Shown in pieces: positions 21,715 to 31,640 of a stretch of 64,000 nucleotides of DNA; within the stretch, counting starts at the first letter, position 1; each line of letters starts with the position of its first letter. Under the pieces are notes generated by a model. That model was not told the origin of the DNA, searched no databases, and saw nothing but the letters and a program-made list of their open reading frames with translations. Position numbers and translations under genes: made by a program. The DNA comes from Candidatus Poribacteria bacterium (GTDB taxonomy: Bacteria; Poribacteria; WGA-4E; WGA-3G). Location of the stretch: assembly GCA_965198235.1 (NCBI GenBank), contig OZ240248.1:992001-1056000 (forward strand), given 5' to 3'.

Positions 21715-22171
21715 TCACGAAGAAATTTTCGAGTTGGCGGGTATAGGCTTCACCGTACTTCAAAAGTTGGAGAGCGGCATCATAGAGTTCTGAAGGAGCG
21801 AGTTCTTGGTAGGGATTAGCGATTTTCTCGTAGCAATCTAAAGCCTTCATGAAAAAATCCATGGTTTCTCGATCGATAACGCTATTTTGATGTAAGGCAC
21901 GAAAACTGTGGTGCTTTTGCTGTGGCGGTGTCTGTCCACTAAATTCGATAATAACATTGTTGATATCCACAGCGCGTTGAATAATCATAAGGAAGCAGCT
22001 TTTCACATAAGAATGTGTAATCCTGTCCCCTTCAATATATTCTTCTTGCTTTGCCGGTAGCCCATGCCGTAATTGGTCAAAACATTCATTTATAGATTCC
22101 AACTTCGCTTTTACCGGGTTGAATCGGCGATTCGCGGTTTTCTTTGGACTTCTGACATTTCTTTTTCCCAT
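21701..22171 (-). CDS. DUF86/HepT-like (HEPN-fold) protein with degenerate active site
   Basis: IIQRAVDINNVII, SFRALHQNSVID and M.....KIANPY aligning with the DUF86 pattern; ATG 22171 has an RBS-like GGAGAGG. Confidence 0.55.
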   Translation of the reverse strand: MGKRNVRSPKKTANRRFNPVKAKLESINECFDQLRHGLPAKQEEYIEGDRITHSYVKSCFLMIIQRAVDINNVIIEFSGQTPPQQKHHSFRALHQNSVIDRETMDFFMKALDCYEKIANPYQELAPSELYDAALQLLKYGEAYTRQLENFFVNHSP

Positions 22172-22404
22172 TTCCTCTCCCTCTTCTTGTATAGTTTTTT
22201 GTTCTTCCCAGTATTCAATTCTTTTAGACGTTGACAAACGTAAAAAGTTGTAACCTTCTTATTTTTCTGTTATATATTTTATGCCGCTCTTCTTCTCTCC
22301 ATATCCTGACTAATTGAAAATCTGAAACCTGCCTTTAAACTTGGTATAACCTTTCTAAATGTGTTAAAATTAGATAAATATTAAAAGAGAAATGGAGTAG
22401 AACA

Positions 22405-23385
22405 GTGAAAGCTATTATTAGGACTGGCGATGGCGGACCGGAAGTCCTGCAATTAGGCGAAGCCCCATCACCGAATCCAACAGAAACACAACTCTTGGTG
22501 GATGTCCGTGCCACTGCTTTAAATCGAGCCGACATGATTCAAAGACGGGGTGGATATCCGCCACCGCCAGGTGAATCTGAGGTCCTTGGTTTAGAGATCG
22601 CTGGCACCGTTTCAGCGATGGGCAACGCTGTAAAAGGAATGACGAAAGGGGATCGCGTTTTTGGACTCGTTGGTGGTGGCGGTTATGCGGAACAAGCCGT
22701 CATAGATTACCGCATGGCAATGCCGATGCCTGACGAATGGACTTTTGAACAAGCCGCCGCGGTACCTGAAGTATTTTTTACAGCGAGTGACAACATTTTC
22801 ACCCAGGGCGGATTATCAGCTGGTGAGGCGATTCTGATTCATGCAGGAGGGAGTGGCGTTGGCACTGCTGGTGTCCAAATCTCGCATCATGCCGGTGCCA
22901 AAGTTTTTGTCACTGCGGGGACTTCGGAGAAAATTGAAAATTGCAAGGCACTCGGTGCGACAGAGGGCATCAACTACAAAGAAAGCGACTTCGTTGCCGA
23001 GATTCTACGTTTGACAGATGGACAAGGTGTGGATGTTGTTGTCGACTTTATCGGAGCACCCTATCTTGAACGGAACCTTTCCGTGCTTAAAACAAAGGGT
23101 AGACTTTTACAACTCGGATTAATCAGCGGGTCAGTCACAGAAATTAACCTCAACACAGTAATGCGCAACAGGCTTCAACTGATAGGCTCTGTCCTGCGGA
23201 CTCGATCTATTGACGAAAAAATCGGTGTCACGCAACGCTTTATGGATCGTTGGTTACCCGAGTTGAAGCGCGGCAGAATCCGACCCGTTATTGACACTGT
23301 TTTCCCATTAGCGCAAGCACGGCAAGCGCACGAGTATATGGAAGCAAATCGCAATTTCGGAAAAATTATTTTGAAGGTCTTTTAA
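22405..23385 (+). CDS. NAD(P)H-quinone oxidoreductase, PIG3 family
   Basis: LNRADMIQRRGGYPPPPG, LIHAGGSGVGTA and GKIIL. Confidence 0.92.
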   Translation: MKAIIRTGDGGPEVLQLGEAPSPNPTETQLLVDVRATALNRADMIQRRGGYPPPPGESEVLGLEIAGTVSAMGNAVKGMTKGDRVFGLVGGGGYAEQAVIDYRMAMPMPDEWTFEQAAAVPEVFFTASDNIFTQGGLSAGEAILIHAGGSGVGTAGVQISHHAGAKVFVTAGTSEKIENCKALGATEGINYKESDFVAEILRLTDGQGVDVVVDFIGAPYLERNLSVLKTKGRLLQLGLISGSVTEINLNTVMRNRLQLIGSVLRTRSIDEKIGVTQRFMDRWLPELKRGRIRPVIDTVFPLAQARQAHEYMEANRNFGKIILKVF

Positions 23386-23767
23386 ACTATCGGTCCTCGC
23401 GCTGTGCTCCAAATGTAAAGCAAAGACAAATTATGCCATTTAAGGAAACCTAATTTCATTCCGCATAGGTTTCCGATGAAGGCAGCTGAATAAATTAGAA
23501 ATCTGTCTGAAAGAAATCGGGGTGTTTTTGCTTGGGCGTTTCCCCTCTCACGGTGGAAGGCAGCGCGAAGGCCAAAGAATTAAAAAATATTTTAAAAAGT
23601 GAAGGATATGTCCTTTACATAACACTTATAATACAAGATTTCTTATTCAAAGTATCGGAGAATAGCCATCAGCCATCGGCAATCGGCTTTCAGCGGAATA
23701 GCCATCAGCATTCCCTGACCGCTGACTGCGATCCTCACTGACCGCTGACTGCTGAAAACTATCACAA

Positions 23768-26700
23768 ATGCAATTATACTTAAAACAGATCGGAACGGAG
23801 CACAAACCTGTGTATGCTCTATTCAGGTTTGGTATTATACTGGGTATCCACGTTCTCACCTTTGTAGGAGGGGTTTGTAACCCCGATTCCTTCGCAGAAA
23901 TTACCCAAACTACATCGACAGACGGAATCACCCTCCAATTCACCTTGCCGGAACTGACTATATCTGAGGTAATCCGCGATAATATCCGCTACCAAGGGGT
24001 GCGTTACGCCGACTGTCACTTCACCGGCGAACCGGGAAACCCCAAAGTTCCAGTCACGCGCCTCATGTTAGGTATACCGGCGGCAGCTACAATTGAAGCA
24101 GTCGATGTTTCTGCTGCGTCTGTCGAGACGCGCACCGGTGTACGCCTCGTTCCAGTTCCGATTTTCGATATTCATGAACTCAATTCACAGCACTCGGCTT
24201 CGCAGCACTGGTCGGAAAGCGGGAGCGCATATCAGTTAAAGGGAAATGGCTCGTTTTCTGGAAACCGCTCATACCCTGGACATCCTCTTGCCCGGATTGT
24301 ACGTGAAGGCTATATTCGTAGTCAACGTGTTATTGCATTAGCACTCTATCCTGTGCAATATCTGCCGAACACTCGCCAACTGCGTTTGTATTCACGCTTC
24401 ACAGTGAACATTCGTTTCTCCTATACAAAACAGGGAGGGCCGCTAACAGCGCGAGGGAGCAGCTCACAAATTTTTCCTGACCAAGGAATAACTGTGCCAG
24501 AATCAGAAGTTTTTGAGCGTGCATTCTCACATCAACTCTTCAATGCTGAACAAGCCGCTCGCTTCCGCGCGCCCCGTCCACTGGTACCTACGGCACCAAC
24601 ACTCATTCCCAACGGAGGTCATGGAACACGCTATAAGTTGTTTATTCAAGAGACAGGTATCTACGCAGTGACAGCGGCATCTCTACAGAACGACTGGGGT
24701 GTAGATCTCATTGGTACGCATCCTGCGAGATTTCGACTCACGCAAGGAAATAGAGATGTTCCTGTTTACATCAGTGGTGCGGCAGATGGAAGTTTTGACC
24801 CGAACGATGCTATCTTTTTTCTGGGTCATAAGCCTAAAAATCGATATAGCCGTTGGAATGTCTATTGGCTCTCGATTGACAACAGGGGTCGCATTCCGAC
24901 GCGGGTGCCGCAGATTACCGTCAGTCCCACAGACCAAACAGCGACACAGGTTCCCACCTTCCGCTCTAAAGTGAATTTTGAAGAGGATTACCTGACGAGT
25001 AACCTCGAATTTGTCCATACGGAGACCGTTTCGCCCGGTGACAAGCACGGTTGGTTTGATGCCTTAGATTTCTGGTACTGGGACGGTATCAAAAATGGGG
25101 GCGATTCCGCCGAGATGCGTCTCGAATTTCCGCTTTATGATGTCGCAAAAAGTTTCGACCCGCCACGTATCTCCGTTGATTTGCAGGGCGGCACACCGGT
25201 ATCACATGAGATTTTAGTCGCTATTAATGGGGTCCGGATTGACTTTGCTAAGTGGGAACAGCAAGACACACTCACTATTGGACGTACCTTGCGCACTTGG
25301 GATACGCTCAAAGACAACGTCAAGGGACAGCAGAACGTGTTGTCTTTAGCCAGAGTTGACAGCAACGTTGATGAGGATACCACCCGATACCCATATCATG
25401 TCTACCTCAACCGTTTTTCTGTCGAGTATACTCGCCTCTTCCGAGCTGTTGCTGACGAGTTATGGTTCAGGTCGCCGACCGCCGATACGACCTCCCGGGA
25501 GCGGCTTCCCGGAGGGCGTAAACTCCAGTATAAAATTGAGGCGTTCCGTGAACCAGAGATACATATCTTTGAGACGGATGGCACCTATCTTACTGCCCAG
25601 ATGCAGGGTGTGAATGTCGAATTAGACGCAGCACGTTCTAATTCGTATAATGCACTTTTCCAAGTGCTTGATACCCGAAGCACACAATTTATCGCCGTTT
25701 CCAATGCGGCATTGCGTCAACCCGATCGCATTGATGTCGTTGCGCCCACAGACTTAGCGACTGCGGTGCACAGTGCTGATTATCTAATTGTGACACACCC
25801 TAACTTCCTATCTGCAGCACAAAGATTAGCAGCGTGGCGCACGACTCCTGGCGGTGGTGGATACCGCACGAAAGTTGTTACAACCGATGATATTTACAAC
25901 ACCTTTGGTGATGGTGGTGTTAGTCCGAAGGCTGTTAAGGCGTTTCTGAAGCACGCGTATCAGTCTTGGACGCCGCCAGCACTGACGTATGTCGTCCTGT
26001 TTGGCGATGGCACCTTCGATTTTCGCGGCATTGACACAGACATTTATGCTGAACCGCCTGAACTGACTGGGTACATTCCGACGCATTATATTCGAACTGA
26101 TTCCTTCGGACGGACCGCATCAGATCATTGGTATGCGACCGTCTCTGGACACGATGAATTCACCGATTTCTATATCGGTAGGCTCAGTGTTGAGACCGTA
26201 AACCAAGCTGATGCGGTTGCTGACAAGATCATCGCTTACGAACAGACACCACCCAACGGGGACTGGCGGAGAAGGATTATTGCTGTTGCTGACGACGAGG
26301 TTAGCAACTCTGGAGATTTTATCTTCAAGAAAAGCCTTGATGAAATAGCGAAAGATCACACCCGTCTTGGCTATGAAACGGTTGAGGTGTTCCTTGAAGA
26401 CGTTATCGACCAAGTGGAAGCACATCCGGCGGATTACCCAGGACTCTTGCCACAACGTGTTGCAAAAAATAAAATCATTGAGGCACTTGGAGAGGGTGCT
26501 GTACTCGCACAATATGCCGGACACGGGGGCAGGATCGTTTGGGCGCACGAAGCAATCTTTGATAATGCTTCCGTCGATCAAGTTGAGGAAACCACAAAGA
26601 TTCCTTTCATGTTAGTTCTCAGTTGTTACAACGGTTATTTCGACAAGCCAGGTGAACCGAGCATGGCAGAGAAGTTGTTACGCAAAGAGAGAGGCGGGAT

Positions 26701-29700
26701 CATCGGTATGTTAAGCGCGACTCGCCTCACCTATGGCAGCGGAAACGATGCTCTCAACCGTATCATCTTCGACATGCTCTTTAAACGGAACATCCGACAA
26801 CTTGGTCCCTTGAGTTTTGATTCAAAGGTTGAGCTGCTGATGACAGAGGGTACGGGTCAGATTGATATCATGATGGAATATACCCTTTTCGGAGATCCTG
26901 CCTTACAAATTGCGATCGCTAATGGTGAAATTCAACCTACTATCGAGACGAAAACAGTTGCGCCTGGGGATACCCTCCGAATTGCATCGGGGCATGTCCA
27001 GACTGCTACTTACGACGCGGCGAGCCGAACAAAACGTTTTGTTACCAATACCACTTTTAACGGCACACTCAGCGTCAAAGCTCTGTTTCCTGGGAAAACA
27101 GCCACTGCTCAGGGTGTTGCGGGTCCAGTTAAATACTACACTGGAGACGTAATTTTGACAAAGACACTCGCTGTTAACCGCGGTGCCTATCCTGCGGTGA
27201 CTTTCTCCGTCCCAAAAAATATTGCCAGCGGTGATGCCCATGTCGAGTACTATGCACAAAGTAATGCAACTGTCGCTGTCGGTGGCGACGGGTTTACTGT
27301 CAATATCCCAAAAATCCTTGATATTAAACCCGAATTAGTCGGTGAGGGCAAATTCCGTATCTCTGTTCAGGTTTCCGATGAAAAAGAGCAACTCTTCCTT
27401 GTCCTCTTGGACTGGCGCAACCCAGAAAGCCGGGAATGGGAGAAAGTGCGTTTTGTTCCTGCAGAGCCTCCGTTATCGGAAGATGGATGGTGGACGGTGC
27501 CTGAGCCTCTAAACGCGCCTATAGACGGTTCCCCTATCCGGTACAACCTTCAGGTCACGGATATAGATAACAATACGGTTACAAGTGAGAGGCTTCAGTA
27601 TTATCCTTACGTATACCCTAATCTTTCGATTGTGGAGGTCGACAGAACCAACAGGATTGGGTACGGCTACAACACCAAAACGGAGCAGTGGTACCTCTCG
27701 GCGGATGTGCAAATAGAAGGCGAAAGCATAAAGATGCCTATTGAAGTTGCTTTTTTCAGCGGCAATCCGGATGTTGACGATGACACGCTTGTTGACGACG
27801 ATGTAAATCTCCTCGGTACGACCCGCATCCAACCCAAAGACTGGGTGCCACGCACGCCGTTAGCGGACTCCAGTACAGGGAAAGATGTTTATGAACCGGA
27901 TCCGCTGAATACACTACCGATTGCAACCGCTACTTTAAATCTGCCTTCTGAATATAATGGAGGCCAGCTGCCTCTCGGCACACACGACATATTTGTCTAT
28001 ATTGATGTGACAGAGACTGAGGCGGATCAGCCGGGTAATGTCCTTGAAAACGATGAGGAAGATAATATCTCTTACCGACGACTCTTTGTCGATATGGGTG
28101 TTGTGGGAACGGTTGACCGAAGAACCAGAATTGCCAGTTTGGACCGGAACTGCGTTATTACTGTTCCCCCTGGTGGCTTCCGAGAAACAACAGTACTGGC
28201 AATCCGTTCCTTGGATGAACGCAAGTTTGCGGCTATAGAGACGGGTTCCCTTGATACTTCTACGAGATCTTCACCTAAGAGAATGTCCAAGCAGGCACCG
28301 CTTCCTGGGGTTGTCACCCACGGCTATGAAATCGTTATCGGCGATCAGTTATCAGCTGTCAGTGACAAGAACCTCTTAACTGAAAACCGAGAACCGAGAA
28401 CTGATAACTCCATTAAACTGACATCTCCGGTAGCGATCGATTTAAGTTTCGACATCGGTGCGCTTAGAACACAACTCACGCGAGAATTATTGGGCGGTAT
28501 GGAATCCGAGGAGACACCTTTAGAAGAGGAACCCAATGAATTGGGGGTTGCAGATACAATTAACACTGCTGTTGCATCCCGCGCACGTGAGTTGGGTATC
28601 TATATGTTTAACTCGACACTCGGAAATTGGACAAGGCTACCTTCCCAACAACTCACCGACGCTACAGGCGCGTTACAGCAACACACACATGTAACAAATG
28701 TGAGTCAAGAAAATGTTGGGGAAAGTGCTCTCCGCGATGTCGGTATCCAACCCGAAGGCGCACGGCCCGGCAAATACGTCCTCTTTTTCACAGGTCCTCA
28801 AACCTATCGGCTTTTCCTTGCCCCTTCGGTAGATGATACGCGAGCAGGAAACACCCAAGCCAAAACACCATTGGAAGTTATTGCATCTGCGGAGCAGCTT
28901 GCAAACTTTAGTACAGACATCCCGAACTTTAGACACGGCTTCTCACTTAATGTAGAACTCAATTTTGAAAAACCTTTGACATTCGGAGATGTCTTGACAT
29001 TCAACATAACTTCCCTTATACAGTCTGTGGATGTTGAAACCGATCTCGATACGCCTCAACAAGAGCAGCGTTGGTATGCCTCTGGATTCAGGGACACCAA
29101 CCAAGGCACGGGTACCGTCAGCTACATTGAACTTCTGCCGGACACCGCCATGCCCGAAGATAAGTGGATTATCTTCTTTCTTACAGACAGTCTTTTCCAG
29201 GTTGAAGGCGAGAGAACCGGTATTTTACGTTCCCAAACTGATGGAAACCAACCACTGCGTGGAACAGTCGAAGAACCTTTCTCATATAAGCCTTACGGCT
29301 TACGTCTTCAACTCACACAAGGTGAACGCTCCTTTGCTCCTGGGGATAGGTTCCGGTTTCAAACCCGATCCGTCGGTACCATTCGGGCTACGACGGATCG
29401 ACTTGGACCGATTACGCTGCTGTATACTGACGATACTGTGCCACCAGATATACAACTCACCATTGGCAATCAACAGCACTTTGTTCCGGGGGATGCAACA
29501 GATGCAGAACCCCTCATCGGAGCAACATTAACTGACCCGAGTGGGCTTGATTATCTCACCCGTCCGCTGTTGTTGGAAATTGGAGACGCATTCGGCGAAT
29601 ATGAACGTATCGATCCAGAGGCGTATCAGGTGACATATTATCCCGGCTCAAATCAACTCGTGTTGACATATCCGTCTCCTGAGCTTGAACCGCGGGAATA

Positions 29701-30070
29701 TGAGGTTCGCCTAACTGTGAGCGATGTCCATGGGAATACGGATACAAAAGACATCACATTTCGGGTCCATGACACCTTGCAGTTGCTATCGTTTCTCAAC
29801 TATCCGAATCCTTTTCCGCGTAAAACAACGCTCACCTGCGAATTAACAGCACCTGCTGACTCACTCGTTGTGAAAATCTATACGCTGAGTGGACGACTCA
29901 TCCGAGAATTCTCCATCCCAGCAACTCCTGGGTTTCTTATGGTGGAATGGGATGGCAGAGATGCTGATGGAGTTGAGGTTGCAAATGGCGTTTACTATGC
30001 TAAACTCCGAGTCCAGCGCGAGGGTGAAAAGGACGTAACCGAAATACTTAAAATGATGAAACTCCGTTAA
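23768..30070 (+). CDS. Large C25-family (gingipain/PorU-like) cysteine peptidase with propeptide and C-terminal FlgD-Ig sorting domain
   Basis: ADYLIVTH, YVVLFGDG, IGRL, catalytic YAGHG and LSCYNGYFD, LFGDP; C-terminal NYPNPF...WDGRD..G..VANGVYY. Confidence 0.9.
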   Translation: MQLYLKQIGTEHKPVYALFRFGIILGIHVLTFVGGVCNPDSFAEITQTTSTDGITLQFTLPELTISEVIRDNIRYQGVRYADCHFTGEPGNPKVPVTRLMLGIPAAATIEAVDVSAASVETRTGVRLVPVPIFDIHELNSQHSASQHWSESGSAYQLKGNGSFSGNRSYPGHPLARIVREGYIRSQRVIALALYPVQYLPNTRQLRLYSRFTVNIRFSYTKQGGPLTARGSSSQIFPDQGITVPESEVFERAFSHQLFNAEQAARFRAPRPLVPTAPTLIPNGGHGTRYKLFIQETGIYAVTAASLQNDWGVDLIGTHPARFRLTQGNRDVPVYISGAADGSFDPNDAIFFLGHKPKNRYSRWNVYWLSIDNRGRIPTRVPQITVSPTDQTATQVPTFRSKVNFEEDYLTSNLEFVHTETVSPGDKHGWFDALDFWYWDGIKNGGDSAEMRLEFPLYDVAKSFDPPRISVDLQGGTPVSHEILVAINGVRIDFAKWEQQDTLTIGRTLRTWDTLKDNVKGQQNVLSLARVDSNVDEDTTRYPYHVYLNRFSVEYTRLFRAVADELWFRSPTADTTSRERLPGGRKLQYKIEAFREPEIHIFETDGTYLTAQMQGVNVELDAARSNSYNALFQVLDTRSTQFIAVSNAALRQPDRIDVVAPTDLATAVHSADYLIVTHPNFLSAAQRLAAWRTTPGGGGYRTKVVTTDDIYNTFGDGGVSPKAVKAFLKHAYQSWTPPALTYVVLFGDGTFDFRGIDTDIYAEPPELTGYIPTHYIRTDSFGRTASDHWYATVSGHDEFTDFYIGRLSVETVNQADAVADKIIAYEQTPPNGDWRRRIIAVADDEVSNSGDFIFKKSLDEIAKDHTRLGYETVEVFLEDVIDQVEAHPADYPGLLPQRVAKNKIIEALGEGAVLAQYAGHGGRIVWAHEAIFDNASVDQVEETTKIPFMLVLSCYNGYFDKPGEPSMAEKLLRKERGGIIGMLSATRLTYGSGNDALNRIIFDMLFKRNIRQLGPLSFDSKVELLMTEGTGQIDIMMEYTLFGDPALQIAIANGEIQPTIETKTVAPGDTLRIASGHVQTATYDAASRTKRFVTNTTFNGTLSVKALFPGKTATAQGVAGPVKYYTGDVILTKTLAVNRGAYPAVTFSVPKNIASGDAHVEYYAQSNATVAVGGDGFTVNIPKILDIKPELVGEGKFRISVQVSDEKEQLFLVLLDWRNPESREWEKVRFVPAEPPLSEDGWWTVPEPLNAPIDGSPIRYNLQVTDIDNNTVTSERLQYYPYVYPNLSIVEVDRTNRIGYGYNTKTEQWYLSADVQIEGESIKMPIEVAFFSGNPDVDDDTLVDDDVNLLGTTRIQPKDWVPRTPLADSSTGKDVYEPDPLNTLPIATATLNLPSEYNGGQLPLGTHDIFVYIDVTETEADQPGNVLENDEEDNISYRRLFVDMGVVGTVDRRTRIASLDRNCVITVPPGGFRETTVLAIRSLDERKFAAIETGSLDTSTRSSPKRMSKQAPLPGVVTHGYEIVIGDQLSAVSDKNLLTENREPRTDNSIKLTSPVAIDLSFDIGALRTQLTRELLGGMESEETPLEEEPNELGVADTINTAVASRARELGIYMFNSTLGNWTRLPSQQLTDATGALQQHTHVTNVSQENVGESALRDVGIQPEGARPGKYVLFFTGPQTYRLFLAPSVDDTRAGNTQAKTPLEVIASAEQLANFSTDIPNFRHGFSLNVELNFEKPLTFGDVLTFNITSLIQSVDVETDLDTPQQEQRWYASGFRDTNQGTGTVSYIELLPDTAMPEDKWIIFFLTDSLFQVEGERTGILRSQTDGNQPLRGTVEEPFSYKPYGLRLQLTQGERSFAPGDRFRFQTRSVGTIRATTDRLGPITLLYTDDTVPPDIQLTIGNQQHFVPGDATDAEPLIGATLTDPSGLDYLTRPLLLEIGDAFGEYERIDPEAYQVTYYPGSNQLVLTYPSPELEPREYEVRLTVSDVHGNTDTKDITFRVHDTLQLLSFLNYPNPFPRKTTLTCELTAPADSLVVKIYTLSGRLIREFSIPATPGFLMVEWDGRDADGVEVANGVYYAKLRVQREGEKDVTEILKMMKLR

Positions 30071-30230
30071 TAGTTTTTAAATGATCAGCCCTCGCGCATC
30101 GTTCCACTACGTTTCACGATGGTTTTTGGTCAGTTCCAGCTGGGTTAGAAGCATGGGAAAGGGTCTGAACACATCGGAAACCACCGTGTAATGAAATGGA
30201 GCGGTGCCTAGGTGTTAATCATTAAAAAAA

Positions 30231-31337
30231 ATGAAACATCTTAAAAAAAATATCTTCTATTTTACTGTGTGTATAATTACATTTTGTGTGGTAACTCTCC
30301 AATCTGTTGATGCGAGATACACTGCTGATTTCCTAACACTTGGGGTTGGAGCCCGCGCACTTGCTATGGGAGGTGCAGGGACTGCTCTAAGTGACAATGC
30401 TTACGCACCCTATTGGAATCCTGCTGGATTGGGACAACTCACTCGGTATGAAGTCAGCTTCATGCACTCCACACTCAATGGAGAGGATGCCTACGATTTT
30501 GTTAGTTTTGTCGTGCCGCTTGCAAACGACAACTTGCCAGACAAAAAACATCCACTAAAAAAGCGAGGGGCAATCGGGATCAGCTGGCTCCGTGTCGGTG
30601 TTGACGATATACCTATTACCAGTCTACCCGTGGTCAGCCGCCCTGTCGGACCCACAAACCGTCCGGAGGTAGTCGGGTCTTTTAACAATACGGATAACGC
30701 CTTTCTCTTTGCTCACGGCTGGAGACTACCAGCTTTTCGTGGTATTAATTTACGACTTGGTGGAACGCTCAAACTTCTCTACATGAGCGGATATCGAAGT
30801 ACAAACGCCATCGGCGGCGGTGCCGATATGGGTCTCGTCGCAATGACAAACCCAGAAAAGCCTCATCAACTCATGCTCGGACTACAGGCGAGCGATGTCT
30901 TCACGACGAAACTCTATTGGAATACACCACCTCCATCGGCGGAGCAGACATCGCACACCGAAACGATACTGCCACAGCTCAAAATTGGGGTTGCTACGAT
31001 ACACACGCTCCCTATCTTCCGAAGCACACTCATCCTCGCACTGGATACCTACATCCAAAATCGGGGTGGTTCACGGGCTAAATCTGATGTCGAGGCACCA
31101 CAAGGGAGTCCTGTTGAGTTGCATGCGGGTGCCGAATGGACGCTCTTCGACCTGCTTGCCTTACGGGTTGGAATGGCGGAGCGTAGTGGGAGCCTTGAGA
31201 GTGTTCGCCAATTAACAGCGGGGGTTGGATTGAACCTCCGATTCGTCACAGGAGCAGGTGCGGGGTTAGACTATGCATTTGCAAACCATCCAGCATTAGG
31301 TGGCAGCCATCGCATATCCCTCAGAATTAGGTTCTAA
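30231..31337 (+). CDS. PorV/PorQ-family outer-membrane beta-barrel protein
   Basis: Signal peptide, FLTLGVGARALAMGGA, YWNPAGL and C-terminal DYAF...LGGSHRISLRIRF. Confidence 0.85.
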   Translation: MKHLKKNIFYFTVCIITFCVVTLQSVDARYTADFLTLGVGARALAMGGAGTALSDNAYAPYWNPAGLGQLTRYEVSFMHSTLNGEDAYDFVSFVVPLANDNLPDKKHPLKKRGAIGISWLRVGVDDIPITSLPVVSRPVGPTNRPEVVGSFNNTDNAFLFAHGWRLPAFRGINLRLGGTLKLLYMSGYRSTNAIGGGADMGLVAMTNPEKPHQLMLGLQASDVFTTKLYWNTPPPSAEQTSHTETILPQLKIGVATIHTLPIFRSTLILALDTYIQNRGGSRAKSDVEAPQGSPVELHAGAEWTLFDLLALRVGMAERSGSLESVRQLTAGVGLNLRFVTGAGAGLDYAFANHPALGGSHRISLRIRF

Positions 31338-31413
31338 ATGGTAGTCGGTTTCCATCAGCCATCGGCAGTCAGAAAGAGGTTTTGTTTCGTTGAAATCTGA
31401 TTTTCCTGACAAC

Positions 31414-31447
31414 CAGTACATGAGTTTTGTCAGTACATGAGTTTTGT
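31414..31447. repeat. 17-bp perfect tandem duplication
   Basis: CAGTACATGAGTTTTGT x2. Confidence 0.9.
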
Positions 31448-31640
31448 ATAAGAATCTATACGTAGGTTGGGTTGAACGGTAAAAATCAAAAATCTATCAA
31501 CCCAAAGATGCCCAGTTTTCCTGTGCAGTCCCTCGTGAAAAGGGACCATAGTGAAACCCAACATCCTCATCATACGCGCTAAAGCCTGTTGATGACTATT
31601 CCTTCTGACAGCCGGTTGCTGACCGTCGACAGCCATTCTA

